Assembly (NCBI GenBank): GCA_018649885.1
Contig: JABIHA010000121.1
Span: forward strand, 60,983-80,982
Direction of reading: 5' to 3'
Source: Bacteriovoracaceae bacterium
GTDB lineage: Bacteria > Bdellovibrionota > Bacteriovoracia > Bacteriovoracales > Bacteriovoracaceae
DNA: 20,000 nt
The notes beneath the pieces are model-generated. The model had not been told where the DNA came from. It saw only the letters and a list, made by a program, of their open reading frames with translations, and did no database searches. Shown in pieces: positions 9,486-17,597 of this stretch (position 1 is the stretch's first letter; the number at the start of each line of letters is the position of its first letter). A program made the translations under genes and the position numbers.

Positions 9486-9866
9486 CTAGGGGCATCGATC
9501 ACATAGTGGATATGTAGTTTGCTCACATATGATCCAAATATCTTTGAAAGTAATTAGCTTGCCATCTTTTGTAAACTCACCTGAAGCTTTAGCCGCATAG
9601 TTCGTCACTGTCCCTCCCGCGGGAATTGAACGAGTATGTGACACTGTCTGATCAGTTAAATTGAAAATAATGGCCGCTCCTCTGTGATTCCACCTCCGGG
9701 CCATGACTCCATTATAGCTAATATCAATAGAGTTTCGATTGGCACCTCCATTGCTTGCGAAATGATTATAAGAAAAGCTTTGAAGTGCATTGGAGCAAAT
9801 AAATGTATTAGCACTAGAAGTTGGGCCCATACTACAAAATAAAATAATCAATAGAAAATATCTCAT
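9486..9866 (-). CDS. Hypothetical secreted protein
   Basis: RBS GGAGG and a signal peptide, with a C-terminal Cys cluster (ICEQ...CDRCP). Its stop abuts the stop of the convergent neighbour. Confidence 0.7.
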   Translation of the reverse strand: MRYFLLIILFCSMGPTSSANTFICSNALQSFSYNHFASNGGANRNSIDISYNGVMARRWNHRGAAIIFNLTDQTVSHTRSIPAGGTVTNYAAKASGEFTKDGKLITFKDIWIICEQTTYPLCDRCP

Positions 9867-10110
9867 AACTTACCTCCGAGAAATGATTTAGTGCTCAGTA
9901 ACATATATAACTGCGGCGAGCAATCTCCCAATCTTATTGCCATTTGAGATTTAAGTACTATAGACGGAGAATTATTCGAAATTTAAGTAATCTTTAATTC
10001 CTCATTTTTTCCTATAAACCTAAGTTAATTAAAATGAAATTAACCAAATTAAAACACAATACTTGGAAACTCAGGGCTACAATATAGCACTACAGAAATT
10101 TGGAGATTAA

Positions 10111-11724
10111 ATGCAGACTTGCCATAAAATTGTACCTCTTATTTTATTACTGATACTTCAAGCGAGCTGTACTTCAAGTTCATTCAAAAATACGAAGAGT
10201 AGTTCGGGAGTAAAAAATATCATTTTTGTTATAGGTGATGGTATGGGACCTGGACAAATTGGCCTCTTACTAAGTTATGCCAGACAGGCTCCCCATTCAG
10301 TTTTTCCCAATAAGAAAACTGCTTTTGATAAACTAGCAGAAAAAGGAGAAATGGGTATTTCCATGACCTACGCTCACAATGCGTTAGTTACTGACTCCGC
10401 TGCCTCCGCAACTCAAATGGCTTCAGGAGAATTTGCTGGCTCAGAAATGATTGGCTCAAACTACCGAGGAGAAAAAACGACAACGATACTAGAGCTGGCC
10501 AAAAAAAAGGGAATGAGTGTGGGGCTTGTTTCAGACACTAGAATCACCCATGCTACGCCCGCTGCATTTGCTGCTCATCAAAAACACAGATACCATGAAA
10601 ATAAAATTGCACGCGATTTGGTAGAGCTGGCCCCTGATGTCATGCTCTCAGGTGGCCTTCGCCACTTTATTCCAATGGAGGCCAGTAACAAGTCATCAAA
10701 AATCCACTTTGATTTAAAAAAAATGACAGGTGGAAAAATTCGAATTAAATCAAAAGGGAAGGATCAAGAAAATCTCCTAGAAATCATAAAGTCAAAAGGA
10801 CACAAGCTAGTTTTTACAAAAAATCAATTAAAGGATGTGGAGGGAAAAGTTCTAGGACTTTTTTCATACTCTGCTCTTCCCGACGGTATAAAAGAGAGTA
10901 GAAACAAACACAGTAGTAAGCGAACGATTCCCACCTTAAAAGAGCTTACTGAAAAATCAATTGATCTATTATCAAAAAATGAAAAAGGGTTTTTCTTAAT
11001 GGTTGAGGCGGGACAAATTGATTGGGCCGCACACTACAACGACACAGGAACAATGCTTCATGAAATGATAAGGATAAATGAAACTCTAGAGCATATTTTA
11101 TCATGGGCAGGCAGTCGTGATGACACTCTAGTTGTTGTGACTGCTGATCATGAAACAGGTGGCTTTGGCCTTAGCTATTCAGGAGATTATCTCCCCTCCC
11201 CTAAAAAATTAAATGGCAATGTTTTTCGCGGAAAAACCTTTCAACCTCAATTTAATTTTGGGAAATTAAAAATACTAGACAAGCTATATCAACAAAAGAA
11301 AAGCTATTCTGAAATATTTTTTGAAGACTTTGATTATCTCGCCAAAAATCGACAAACTCCTCGCTCTTTGGCAAATATTATTAATAATAATACCAAATTC
11401 CCAATTACGATCAAACAAGCAAAAAGGATACTCGCAACCGAGAAGAACCCCTTCTACCAAAATGGTCACAAATATCTTGGAGATAAAAATGTTCCTGTAA
11501 TGGGAAAGATGGGAGCATTTTACCCTTATCAATTAGATGATAACCGGCAAAACCTATTGGCAATGGAGGTGGCGACCAGCCAGCATGTAGTGTGGTCTAC
11601 AGGCACTCACACCAGCACGCCTGTGTTAGTATTTGCCAGTGGTCCTCCCAAAGTAACAAAAGATTTCCAAAAAATACTCCATCATACTGAGCTAGCTAAT
11701 TTACTAAAAAAAACCATTCAATGA
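10111..11724 (+). CDS. phoA: Alkaline phosphatase (PhoA family), probable lipoprotein
   Basis: GDGMG, catalytic VTDSAAS, THATPA, EAGQIDWAAHYND, TADHETGG and GTHT motifs. Lipobox-like LQASC and RBS GGAG. Confidence 0.93.
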   Translation: MQTCHKIVPLILLLILQASCTSSSFKNTKSSSGVKNIIFVIGDGMGPGQIGLLLSYARQAPHSVFPNKKTAFDKLAEKGEMGISMTYAHNALVTDSAASATQMASGEFAGSEMIGSNYRGEKTTTILELAKKKGMSVGLVSDTRITHATPAAFAAHQKHRYHENKIARDLVELAPDVMLSGGLRHFIPMEASNKSSKIHFDLKKMTGGKIRIKSKGKDQENLLEIIKSKGHKLVFTKNQLKDVEGKVLGLFSYSALPDGIKESRNKHSSKRTIPTLKELTEKSIDLLSKNEKGFFLMVEAGQIDWAAHYNDTGTMLHEMIRINETLEHILSWAGSRDDTLVVVTADHETGGFGLSYSGDYLPSPKKLNGNVFRGKTFQPQFNFGKLKILDKLYQQKKSYSEIFFEDFDYLAKNRQTPRSLANIINNNTKFPITIKQAKRILATEKNPFYQNGHKYLGDKNVPVMGKMGAFYPYQLDDNRQNLLAMEVATSQHVVWSTGTHTSTPVLVFASGPPKVTKDFQKILHHTELANLLKKTIQ

Positions 11725-11727
11725 ACT

Positions 11728-11755
11728 AAAAAAAAGGGCCTAAATATAGGCCCTT
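11728..11755 (-). terminator. Intrinsic terminator, possibly bidirectional
   Basis: AAGGGCCTA-aata-TAGGCCCTT with an A-run on the left (a U-tract on the minus strand), between two convergent genes. Confidence 0.75.
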
Positions 11756-11782
11756 ATCAAACTTTTTCAATATTTAAAAAAA

Positions 11783-14700
11783 TTAATCGATAAAAATATC
11801 ACCTTCTTCATCGAATTCAACAGGTTGTCCAGCCGAGATAACAGACTCATCAACTTCAAATCTTTTTGCCGAAATGGCCCTTAAGATCGATGTACCATCT
11901 TCGTAGAAAGTAGCTGCACATGAGCTTGCTTTAGAAGCAGAGTTTGCAAATCTTAGCTTGTGACAGTGATCCATTGAAGAAACCTCAACTCCGTTGTAAT
12001 TTTCGTTGTCTTTAAGGTAGCCAGTTTTTACCCTACCACTCGAAAAGAAATAAACGCTATTGGTAAATTTTCTGCCATCTACTTCAATATTCACATTGGC
12101 GCCTTTGCCTTGTGAAACCATACTGATCAGACTAGTGGCGAAAAAGTTAACTGTCGTACCTGCAGGAAGAGATAATTTCCCTACAGTTGCTGCACTTGAA
12201 AGAGTAACACTCTTAGGAACCTTATTTGAATAAAAGCTATATCTTCCCAGTGCCACGTTAAAGCCTGCAATAGATGAGCCCAAAGTTGTGACTCTTACTT
12301 TTTCGACTTGATGTAAACGTCCAAAGGAAACTGCTGTTCCTTTTGAGAGTTTTACATTTCCAGAAACCCACTGTTCACCAACTGTAGCACTATCCACTTT
12401 AGAGCTGTAACCAAGTGAGAACTTTGATCCCGCTGGAAGTACTACTTCAGGAAGTGAGTCAGATTTGTAACCTTTAGGCTTTTCATTTGAATTTTTAAAT
12501 TTGTAGAGAAAAGAAAACTCTGAACCAAGGGTTCCCTCAGTAAGATTTCCCTCTTCATCAAACTCAACTACTGTTTCTGCAAGGAGAGGAATTTTTCCAT
12601 ATCTGTCATTTTCTGCAGAGACGCTAGCTCCGATTGTCCCTCTATTAATTCTTCCACTATCGTGGAAAGTCAGAAAGTCATTTGAATACCTGCCACTTGC
12701 TCTTGGTAAGAAAGTCATTCCCGCAATTTCAATTGGTTTAGAAAAAACTAATTTTGAAGGCATTCCCGACCACTTATCAAAAATCAGCTCCGCTCCTTCG
12801 GGAACAGTTATAGAGTAGTCTCTGAGTACAATACGAGGAGACTCACCTGCTGGAGATTTTACTTCTCTTAAAGATCCTTTTTCACTGAAAGCAATTACAG
12901 TTCCTTTAGGAAAAGTATGGTTTTTTAATTTCAGTGGTCCTTCCAGTCTTACCCACTTAGGGTTTGAAGTTTCTGAATTTGGAATATAAAGAGATCCCTT
13001 CGGGAAAAGTGTTCCCCAAAAATATTCTGCGTCTCCTACTACTTGATATAGTGGAGCGACTATTTTACCTGTATTATTCAAAGTTACTTTTGTTCCTTTG
13101 TCATAAAGGGCACCATTTATTGTTCTTGCTTCTGCCATTAAAAATGTTTTGAGTTTACCATTAGCATGGAAGCAAATATTTCTTTTTGCAGAATCATTAC
13201 TTACCCCTTGAAGCTTCGTAGCATGCCCTACAACTTTAAAATCTCCCAGCTCTGTGGTGTCATTTATGTAAGCACACTCAAGCTCACCCGTAGGATAAAA
13301 GCTAACCTTATGTGGTCCCTTCCAATTTCCTCTTAATTCTACTTTTTTGCCATTAAGCGTGTATTCAGTATCTTTGTACAGCTGAGCAGTTTGTAGAGTT
13401 CCATCTTCATAAAATCTCACCATTGAAGTGCCCAGTCCCCCTAAGAGGTTCAGTCCTTTATAGGTGATCTTTTCAGCAAGGTGTCCTTGTTTAACACTGC
13501 CATTTTTTCTGTAAAACTTAACTGCTCCACCATTATCTTCAAAAAATGGCTTAAAAGTAAAAAATCCTATTTTAGTAGGCTCAGAAAGGTAAGCAACTTT
13601 TGGCACACCCTTCTTACCAGCATAGAGGTCAATATAACTTCCCTTAGCAAAGTTAATTCCATTAATTGTGGCCTTGCTACCGGCCAAAACAGTACGAGGT
13701 GTACAATTTTTAAAAAAGTACCAACCTCTTTTCTTTTCTGTGATTTGCTTTTCACAAATACTCTTTAAGTTGGCCCTAAGCTCTTCAAAGTTAGCAGCCT
13801 TATCGCCTTCAAGCATTGTGATGTAGTGATAAATGTCACTTCGGTCAATTCTGGCTTTTCCTTTTTCATCGTCTTGAACAAATAATTCAACATAATCTGA
13901 AGTTTCAAACTTCTCTGAGAAATCAATAAAAATGTCATTCTTTGCACCTGGAGTAAATTTGTTGCTTCTAACAAATCTTGCCACGGCATTAAGCCCAGTA
14001 TTTTTTTCAAGTGTATTCGTTAGACTGGCCCAGTCAGTATCTTTGCTCCAATCTTTAAGCTCTTTTTTTACATCTTTTGAAGTTTGAACAACGTCTTCAA
14101 AGAAATTCAGTAAATTTTCAGTTTTCAAGTTTTTGATATTTAATGAAACTGAATCAATATTTTTTAATTCAAAATCAAGCCCTGGAAGAATTCTTCCCCA
14201 GATATTGTATTGCATGGAAGGGCCCATAACGATTTGATACTTTGGTGAGTAAACCTTCCAAAATTGATTCCCAACAAGAGGCATTCTATTAGTTACAACA
14301 ATCTCAGCTCTTTGGTAAAGCTTCCAGAAAGTCGACTGGTAGTGAACCGGCTTTTGTTGAGCATAAAAAGTGATCTCTACAACTTGCCCTGCTACTTTTC
14401 TAGTATAGGTGGTGATTTCATCACTTTCACTTTTTACAGAGTACCCATAGTCTTTAATACTCTTTTTGAAGTCTGAGACAAATTTCAAGTCGCCTTTGTC
14501 TTCTTCTGTACATCCATATCTTTTATCATTACATTTTTGAATGGAAATAAGTACTTCAACTTTTCCGTCTTTAAATAGCTCATTGTATTCAGGATACACT
14601 TTTGCCACTTTTTTATAACTAACATCTTCTTTCCAAAAAACGGCTTCATTAAAGGTTCCATCTTTTAAGTAGCATTTGTTAGCAACATGATTAAATGACC

Positions 14701-15439
14701 GAAGGAAGTTATTCATTGTTAAAATGCCACTTTGAACTTTTTCTCCCAAACATAGGTTTTTTACATCGTTCAAAACTCTTTTCCATTTAAGTCTAGGCTT
14801 TGGTAGTGCCTTTTTCTTAAGAGACTCAAGAGCGAGATCTTTTAGATCACTCACACCTAAAATTTGATAGTAAAGCTGGTGAATATTTTTGGGAGATTTA
14901 AAACTTAGATCATAGTCAGAGATCTTACCTGCACCATCTTTTAGCTCAAGCTCTCTTCTAACTGAATAAACAACATCAAGGGTTCCAGATGCTTTATTTA
15001 CCACAGTTTTATCATGGTCAATTTTAATATCTACCACTCTATTCACTTTCCAAACTTTTCCAGAGTTTAGGCCATTTGAAAATCTCATATGTTTTTTTAT
15101 CCAGTACTCAACGTTGACCGGAATGACTGAGCCATCTGCACGAACGACAGGGTAGCCTCGATTTTCGTCTCTTTGTTGATTAAAAGTGGCCTTTAAATCA
15201 TAGTAAGTTTCAGGAAGGCCAGCACTACTTCTCCACCTATCAACATAATGAACCAAAAGATGGTCTTCAAGTTTGACAGGGATTGATATTTTAGATTCAA
15301 AGCCAAAATATGTAGCCGATTTAATATTAGCAGTTAAAGGGGCCATAGCATCTTTTAATGCACCAAGATCAACAGTTGCAAAAACATTGAAACTTGATAA
15401 CAAAAACAAAGTGGAGCACAGAGCGGTAGTCTTTTTCAT
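11783..15439 (-). CDS. Large secreted hypothetical protein (1218 aa) with a C-terminal array of degenerate MORN-like beta-hairpin repeats
   Basis: Signal peptide ending NVFA. From about aa 585 there are recurring 'V.F(Y/H)..G.(L/V)....L' units (FYRKNGSVKQGHL, FYEDGTLQTAQL, FYPTGELECAYI, FHANGKLKTFLM, FHDSGRINRGTI, FDEEGNLTEGTL, FFSSGRVKTGYL). Confidence 0.75.
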   Translation of the reverse strand: MKKTTALCSTLFLLSSFNVFATVDLGALKDAMAPLTANIKSATYFGFESKISIPVKLEDHLLVHYVDRWRSSAGLPETYYDLKATFNQQRDENRGYPVVRADGSVIPVNVEYWIKKHMRFSNGLNSGKVWKVNRVVDIKIDHDKTVVNKASGTLDVVYSVRRELELKDGAGKISDYDLSFKSPKNIHQLYYQILGVSDLKDLALESLKKKALPKPRLKWKRVLNDVKNLCLGEKVQSGILTMNNFLRSFNHVANKCYLKDGTFNEAVFWKEDVSYKKVAKVYPEYNELFKDGKVEVLISIQKCNDKRYGCTEEDKGDLKFVSDFKKSIKDYGYSVKSESDEITTYTRKVAGQVVEITFYAQQKPVHYQSTFWKLYQRAEIVVTNRMPLVGNQFWKVYSPKYQIVMGPSMQYNIWGRILPGLDFELKNIDSVSLNIKNLKTENLLNFFEDVVQTSKDVKKELKDWSKDTDWASLTNTLEKNTGLNAVARFVRSNKFTPGAKNDIFIDFSEKFETSDYVELFVQDDEKGKARIDRSDIYHYITMLEGDKAANFEELRANLKSICEKQITEKKRGWYFFKNCTPRTVLAGSKATINGINFAKGSYIDLYAGKKGVPKVAYLSEPTKIGFFTFKPFFEDNGGAVKFYRKNGSVKQGHLAEKITYKGLNLLGGLGTSMVRFYEDGTLQTAQLYKDTEYTLNGKKVELRGNWKGPHKVSFYPTGELECAYINDTTELGDFKVVGHATKLQGVSNDSAKRNICFHANGKLKTFLMAEARTINGALYDKGTKVTLNNTGKIVAPLYQVVGDAEYFWGTLFPKGSLYIPNSETSNPKWVRLEGPLKLKNHTFPKGTVIAFSEKGSLREVKSPAGESPRIVLRDYSITVPEGAELIFDKWSGMPSKLVFSKPIEIAGMTFLPRASGRYSNDFLTFHDSGRINRGTIGASVSAENDRYGKIPLLAETVVEFDEEGNLTEGTLGSEFSFLYKFKNSNEKPKGYKSDSLPEVVLPAGSKFSLGYSSKVDSATVGEQWVSGNVKLSKGTAVSFGRLHQVEKVRVTTLGSSIAGFNVALGRYSFYSNKVPKSVTLSSAATVGKLSLPAGTTVNFFATSLISMVSQGKGANVNIEVDGRKFTNSVYFFSSGRVKTGYLKDNENYNGVEVSSMDHCHKLRFANSASKASSCAATFYEDGTSILRAISAKRFEVDESVISAGQPVEFDEEGDIFID

Positions 15440-15503
15440 TTTTTCGATTCCTTGGAAGTCATGAATTTTTTATCAATATTTCCGGTGGTAACAAATAAGC
15501 CAG

Positions 15504-15672
15504 TGTATAAAAACAACCGTGAAATATTTTCAAACTCACTAGAAATAGACAACGCATCGCAAACTAAATGTTTTTATACAGGCCTTTGAAAATTCAATTT
15601 TTTAGTTACAATAAAATTTAACTAAATTAATACTCTGCTCTTACTCAAACAGTCGTTGACATTTAAATGTCA
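15504..15672. promoter_or_regulatory. Cluster of inverted repeats upstream of the 1218-aa gene
   Basis: TGTATAAAAACA (15504-15515) pairs with TGTTTTTATACA (15569-15580). TTTAGTTA/TAACTAAA lies at about 15601-15627. Perfect palindrome TGACATTTAAATGTCA at 15657-15672. Confidence 0.4.
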
Positions 15673-15712
15673 TGTTCCAAAAGTAGGTGGTAGAGCTCAT
15701 TTGAGCGACTTC

Positions 15713-16069
15713 TTAAAGGCTCGAAATGTAATCACATACTAATTTATAAATATTTTCAGGAATGCTATCAACAGGCTTATTCATGGTTATATTACCTAGG
15801 TCCTTAAAAGTAAATTTTGCAAATTGCTCATCAAAGCGAATTTCCCCATGCTCAAAAACCCTTATATTGATATTCTTCCCGCTTACAACTTCAGAGCTCA
15901 TGCTAACAAATTTTAATGGAGTCACTTCACTATTATCACTTGATATTTTTAGCCAGTGAAATTTCTTTTCTTTAGCGCAGTCAGGGGGTAAACCGAGTTT
16001 CTCTACTTCAAGAATACTGACTTCCTCATTCATAAAATAATATAGTGGCCTAAATTCTTTTTCGCTCAT
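15713..16069 (-). CDS. Hypothetical protein (118 aa)
   Basis: ORF with RBS GGGGA; no recognisable motifs. Confidence 0.65.
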   Translation of the reverse strand: MSEKEFRPLYYFMNEEVSILEVEKLGLPPDCAKEKKFHWLKISSDNSEVTPLKFVSMSSEVVSGKNINIRVFEHGEIRFDEQFAKFTFKDLGNITMNKPVDSIPENIYKLVCDYISSL

Positions 16070-16160
16070 GACGATCCCCTAGTTCACAATAAGAAAATTT
16101 TAACATAGGTGGTAACTCTAAGTCACTGAAATGATAAATTACAATTCTCCACCGTATGCC

Positions 16161-16207
16161 AATTAAACACAACTTTATGGAAATTAAACACAAGTGTAAT
16201 TGTTACA
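16161..16207 (+). repeat. 12-bp direct repeat plus a short palindrome in a divergent promoter region
   Basis: AATTAAACACAA at 16161 and 16182 (21-bp period), and TGTAA-ttg-TTACA at 16195-16207. Confidence 0.35.
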
Positions 16208-16283
16208 ATTTCAGGTACTTACACCTCCTCTAAAGGCCTTGGGTGATACAATTTATGGGCACTAAAATTCTCAAGGAAATACG

Positions 16284-17057
16284 ATGTATATCAAGCAGCT
16301 CTTATTGGTCTCCCTAGCAATTCTATTTTGCTCATGTGGAAATGGTGTAGATGACGAAAAGTCTAATCAAAGCACCAGCACTGATGCAACTTCAAAAACA
16401 CAATATGTTGAAAAAATTGTTACTCAAGTTGAAAATACATGGGGACTTGATTTTGTATCGACCCCCATTGACCAGGCATCAGCTGCAGAAATCGAGGCGT
16501 CTAAGGCAGTTGCATATGTCAATTATCGTGAAGGCGGATGTGCTACAGGTTTTTTTATTTCTGATGATGGATTATTTCTCACAAATGAGCACGTACTGAG
16601 TCGGCAAAGATGTCACAAAGGAAAATGTCCAAACATTAAAATTATCAGAGATTATAAAATTGGTGGAGCAATAGAAGTTTATGATGATTTTGAAGTACTT
16701 GCTCACAATTATTCTCTTGACTACGCCCTGGCCAAAGTAAAATTAAAAGATGGAGAAAAAGTTCCCTTTCTCAAAATGGAATGGTCTGGAGCAACTGAAG
16801 CAAAAAATTTCGAAGGAAGTGATTTAAAAATCATTGGTCATCCAAATTGCTCCTCTCTTAGGACAGGTAATGCAATATTTAGCTACGGCCAAGATCAAAA
16901 CCTGGTACTTAGAAGTATAGCCATATCCGGAAATAGTGGGAGTCCGTTATTTGATCTCACGACAAAAAAAGTGGTAGGACTCTATCACGCATCTTATATG
17001 GACTATCCCCTATCTGTATTCATTTTAGTCATAAAAACCACATATCTCAAATCCTGA
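16284..17057 (+). CDS. Trypsin-like (S1) serine protease lipoprotein, probably truncated or altered at the C-terminus
   Basis: Lipobox-like FCSC and catalytic triad TNEHV / DYAL / GNSGSP. The tail after VVGLYHAS does not resemble a normal S1 C-terminus. Confidence 0.8.
   Translation: MYIKQLLLVSLAILFCSCGNGVDDEKSNQSTSTDATSKTQYVEKIVTQVENTWGLDFVSTPIDQASAAEIEASKAVAYVNYREGGCATGFFISDDGLFLTNEHVLSRQRCHKGKCPNIKIIRDYKIGGAIEVYDDFEVLAHNYSLDYALAKVKLKDGEKVPFLKMEWSGATEAKNFEGSDLKIIGHPNCSSLRTGNAIFSYGQDQNLVLRSIAISGNSGSPLFDLTTKKVVGLYHASYMDYPLSVFILVIKTTYLKS
16996..17007 (+). repeat. Left copy of direct repeat ATAYGGACTATC
   Basis: ATATGGACTATC is 11/12 identical to 18126-18137. Confidence 0.5.
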
Positions 17058-17060
17058 GAC

Positions 17061-17108
17061 AATTATTTACTTCTTTATTTGATGCGGAATAATTGATAGT
17101 AAATAATT
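17061..17108 (+). promoter_or_regulatory. Sigma70-like promoter inside an inverted repeat, upstream of the candidate ncRNA
   Basis: TTGATG (17079-84)-N17-AATAAT (17102-07). Perfect 11-bp IR AATTATTTACT (17061-71) / AGTAAATAATT (17098-108). Confidence 0.4.
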
Positions 17109-17115
17109 AGAGGAC

Positions 17116-17358
17116 CGTCAAAAAAAAGCAACCACACCTAGGTGGCGAGAGTCGACAGACCCCGGGGCCATGATGAGAATGGATTCAATCTATCAGCGAA
17201 CATGTAACGGGCTCTAGAGTTTAAAACGAAGGCCAGAAGACTCTAGCGGAAACGCCTCGACGATCGAGATTAGGACGATCACCATAGCGCCATATGAAAG
17301 TTAATAAGTCCCTACCTAGAGTTCGGCAAGAAGTAGTGTGGTTTTCTTTTTTTCGATG
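17116..17358 (+). ncRNA. Unidentified structured ncRNA candidate (about 243 nt) with base-paired ends
   Basis: The ends pair (CGTCAAAAAAAAG-c-AACCACAC with GTGTGGTT-tt-CTTTTTTT-c-GATG). Inner stem CTAGGTGG/CTACCTAG. Hairpins at 17214-17246, GCG-GAAA-CGC and CTCGA-cga-TCGAG. The region is GC-richer than its flanks. G-U wobbles and the GNRA loop favour the + strand. Confidence 0.6.
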
Positions 17359-17402
17359 CAATTGCTACAGATAGAGTTATTCCTATTAAGAAGTAAAAAA
17401 AC

Positions 17403-17588
17403 TTATAGTTTTCTTTTATCTAAGAAAACAAAAGCTACTACTAAAAAAACTAAAAAACTTAATCCTAATATAATAAGGTCTCGCATTACATAAGCTAACA
17501 CCAACGTTCCAGCACCCAGCACGCTTCCTGTGCCAATAATTATATCAGCAGTTAATTTTTGATTTTTTCCTTTAAAGTAATTCCCCAT
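17403..17588 (-). CDS. Putative immunity protein (61 aa, two TM helices)
   Basis: Starts 9 nt after the Rhs-CT stop, with RBS AGGA and two hydrophobic helices. This is the standard toxin-immunity arrangement. Confidence 0.55.
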   Translation of the reverse strand: MGNYFKGKNQKLTADIIIGTGSVLGAGTLVLAYVMRDLIILGLSFLVFLVVAFVFLDKRKL

Positions 17589-17597
17589 AAATCCTAT

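Noticed and set aside
17164..17190. Resemblance to a tmRNA 5' end or hammerhead core (GGGGCC...GGATTC; TGATGAG)
   Set aside because: There is no tmRNA 3' TPsiC/CCA end, and the hammerhead CUGAnGA core with its stems is not matched.
17170..17217. 15-aa ORF MMRMDSIYQRTCNGL inside the candidate ncRNA
   Set aside because: Very short, with a poorly spaced RBS and no supporting features. It cannot be excluded but is unsupported.
17229..17243. AAGGCCAGAAGAC resembling the cobalamin riboswitch B12 box
   Set aside because: The other conserved elements (AGGGAA, the CCGCxACTG region) are missing, and there is no downstream same-strand gene.
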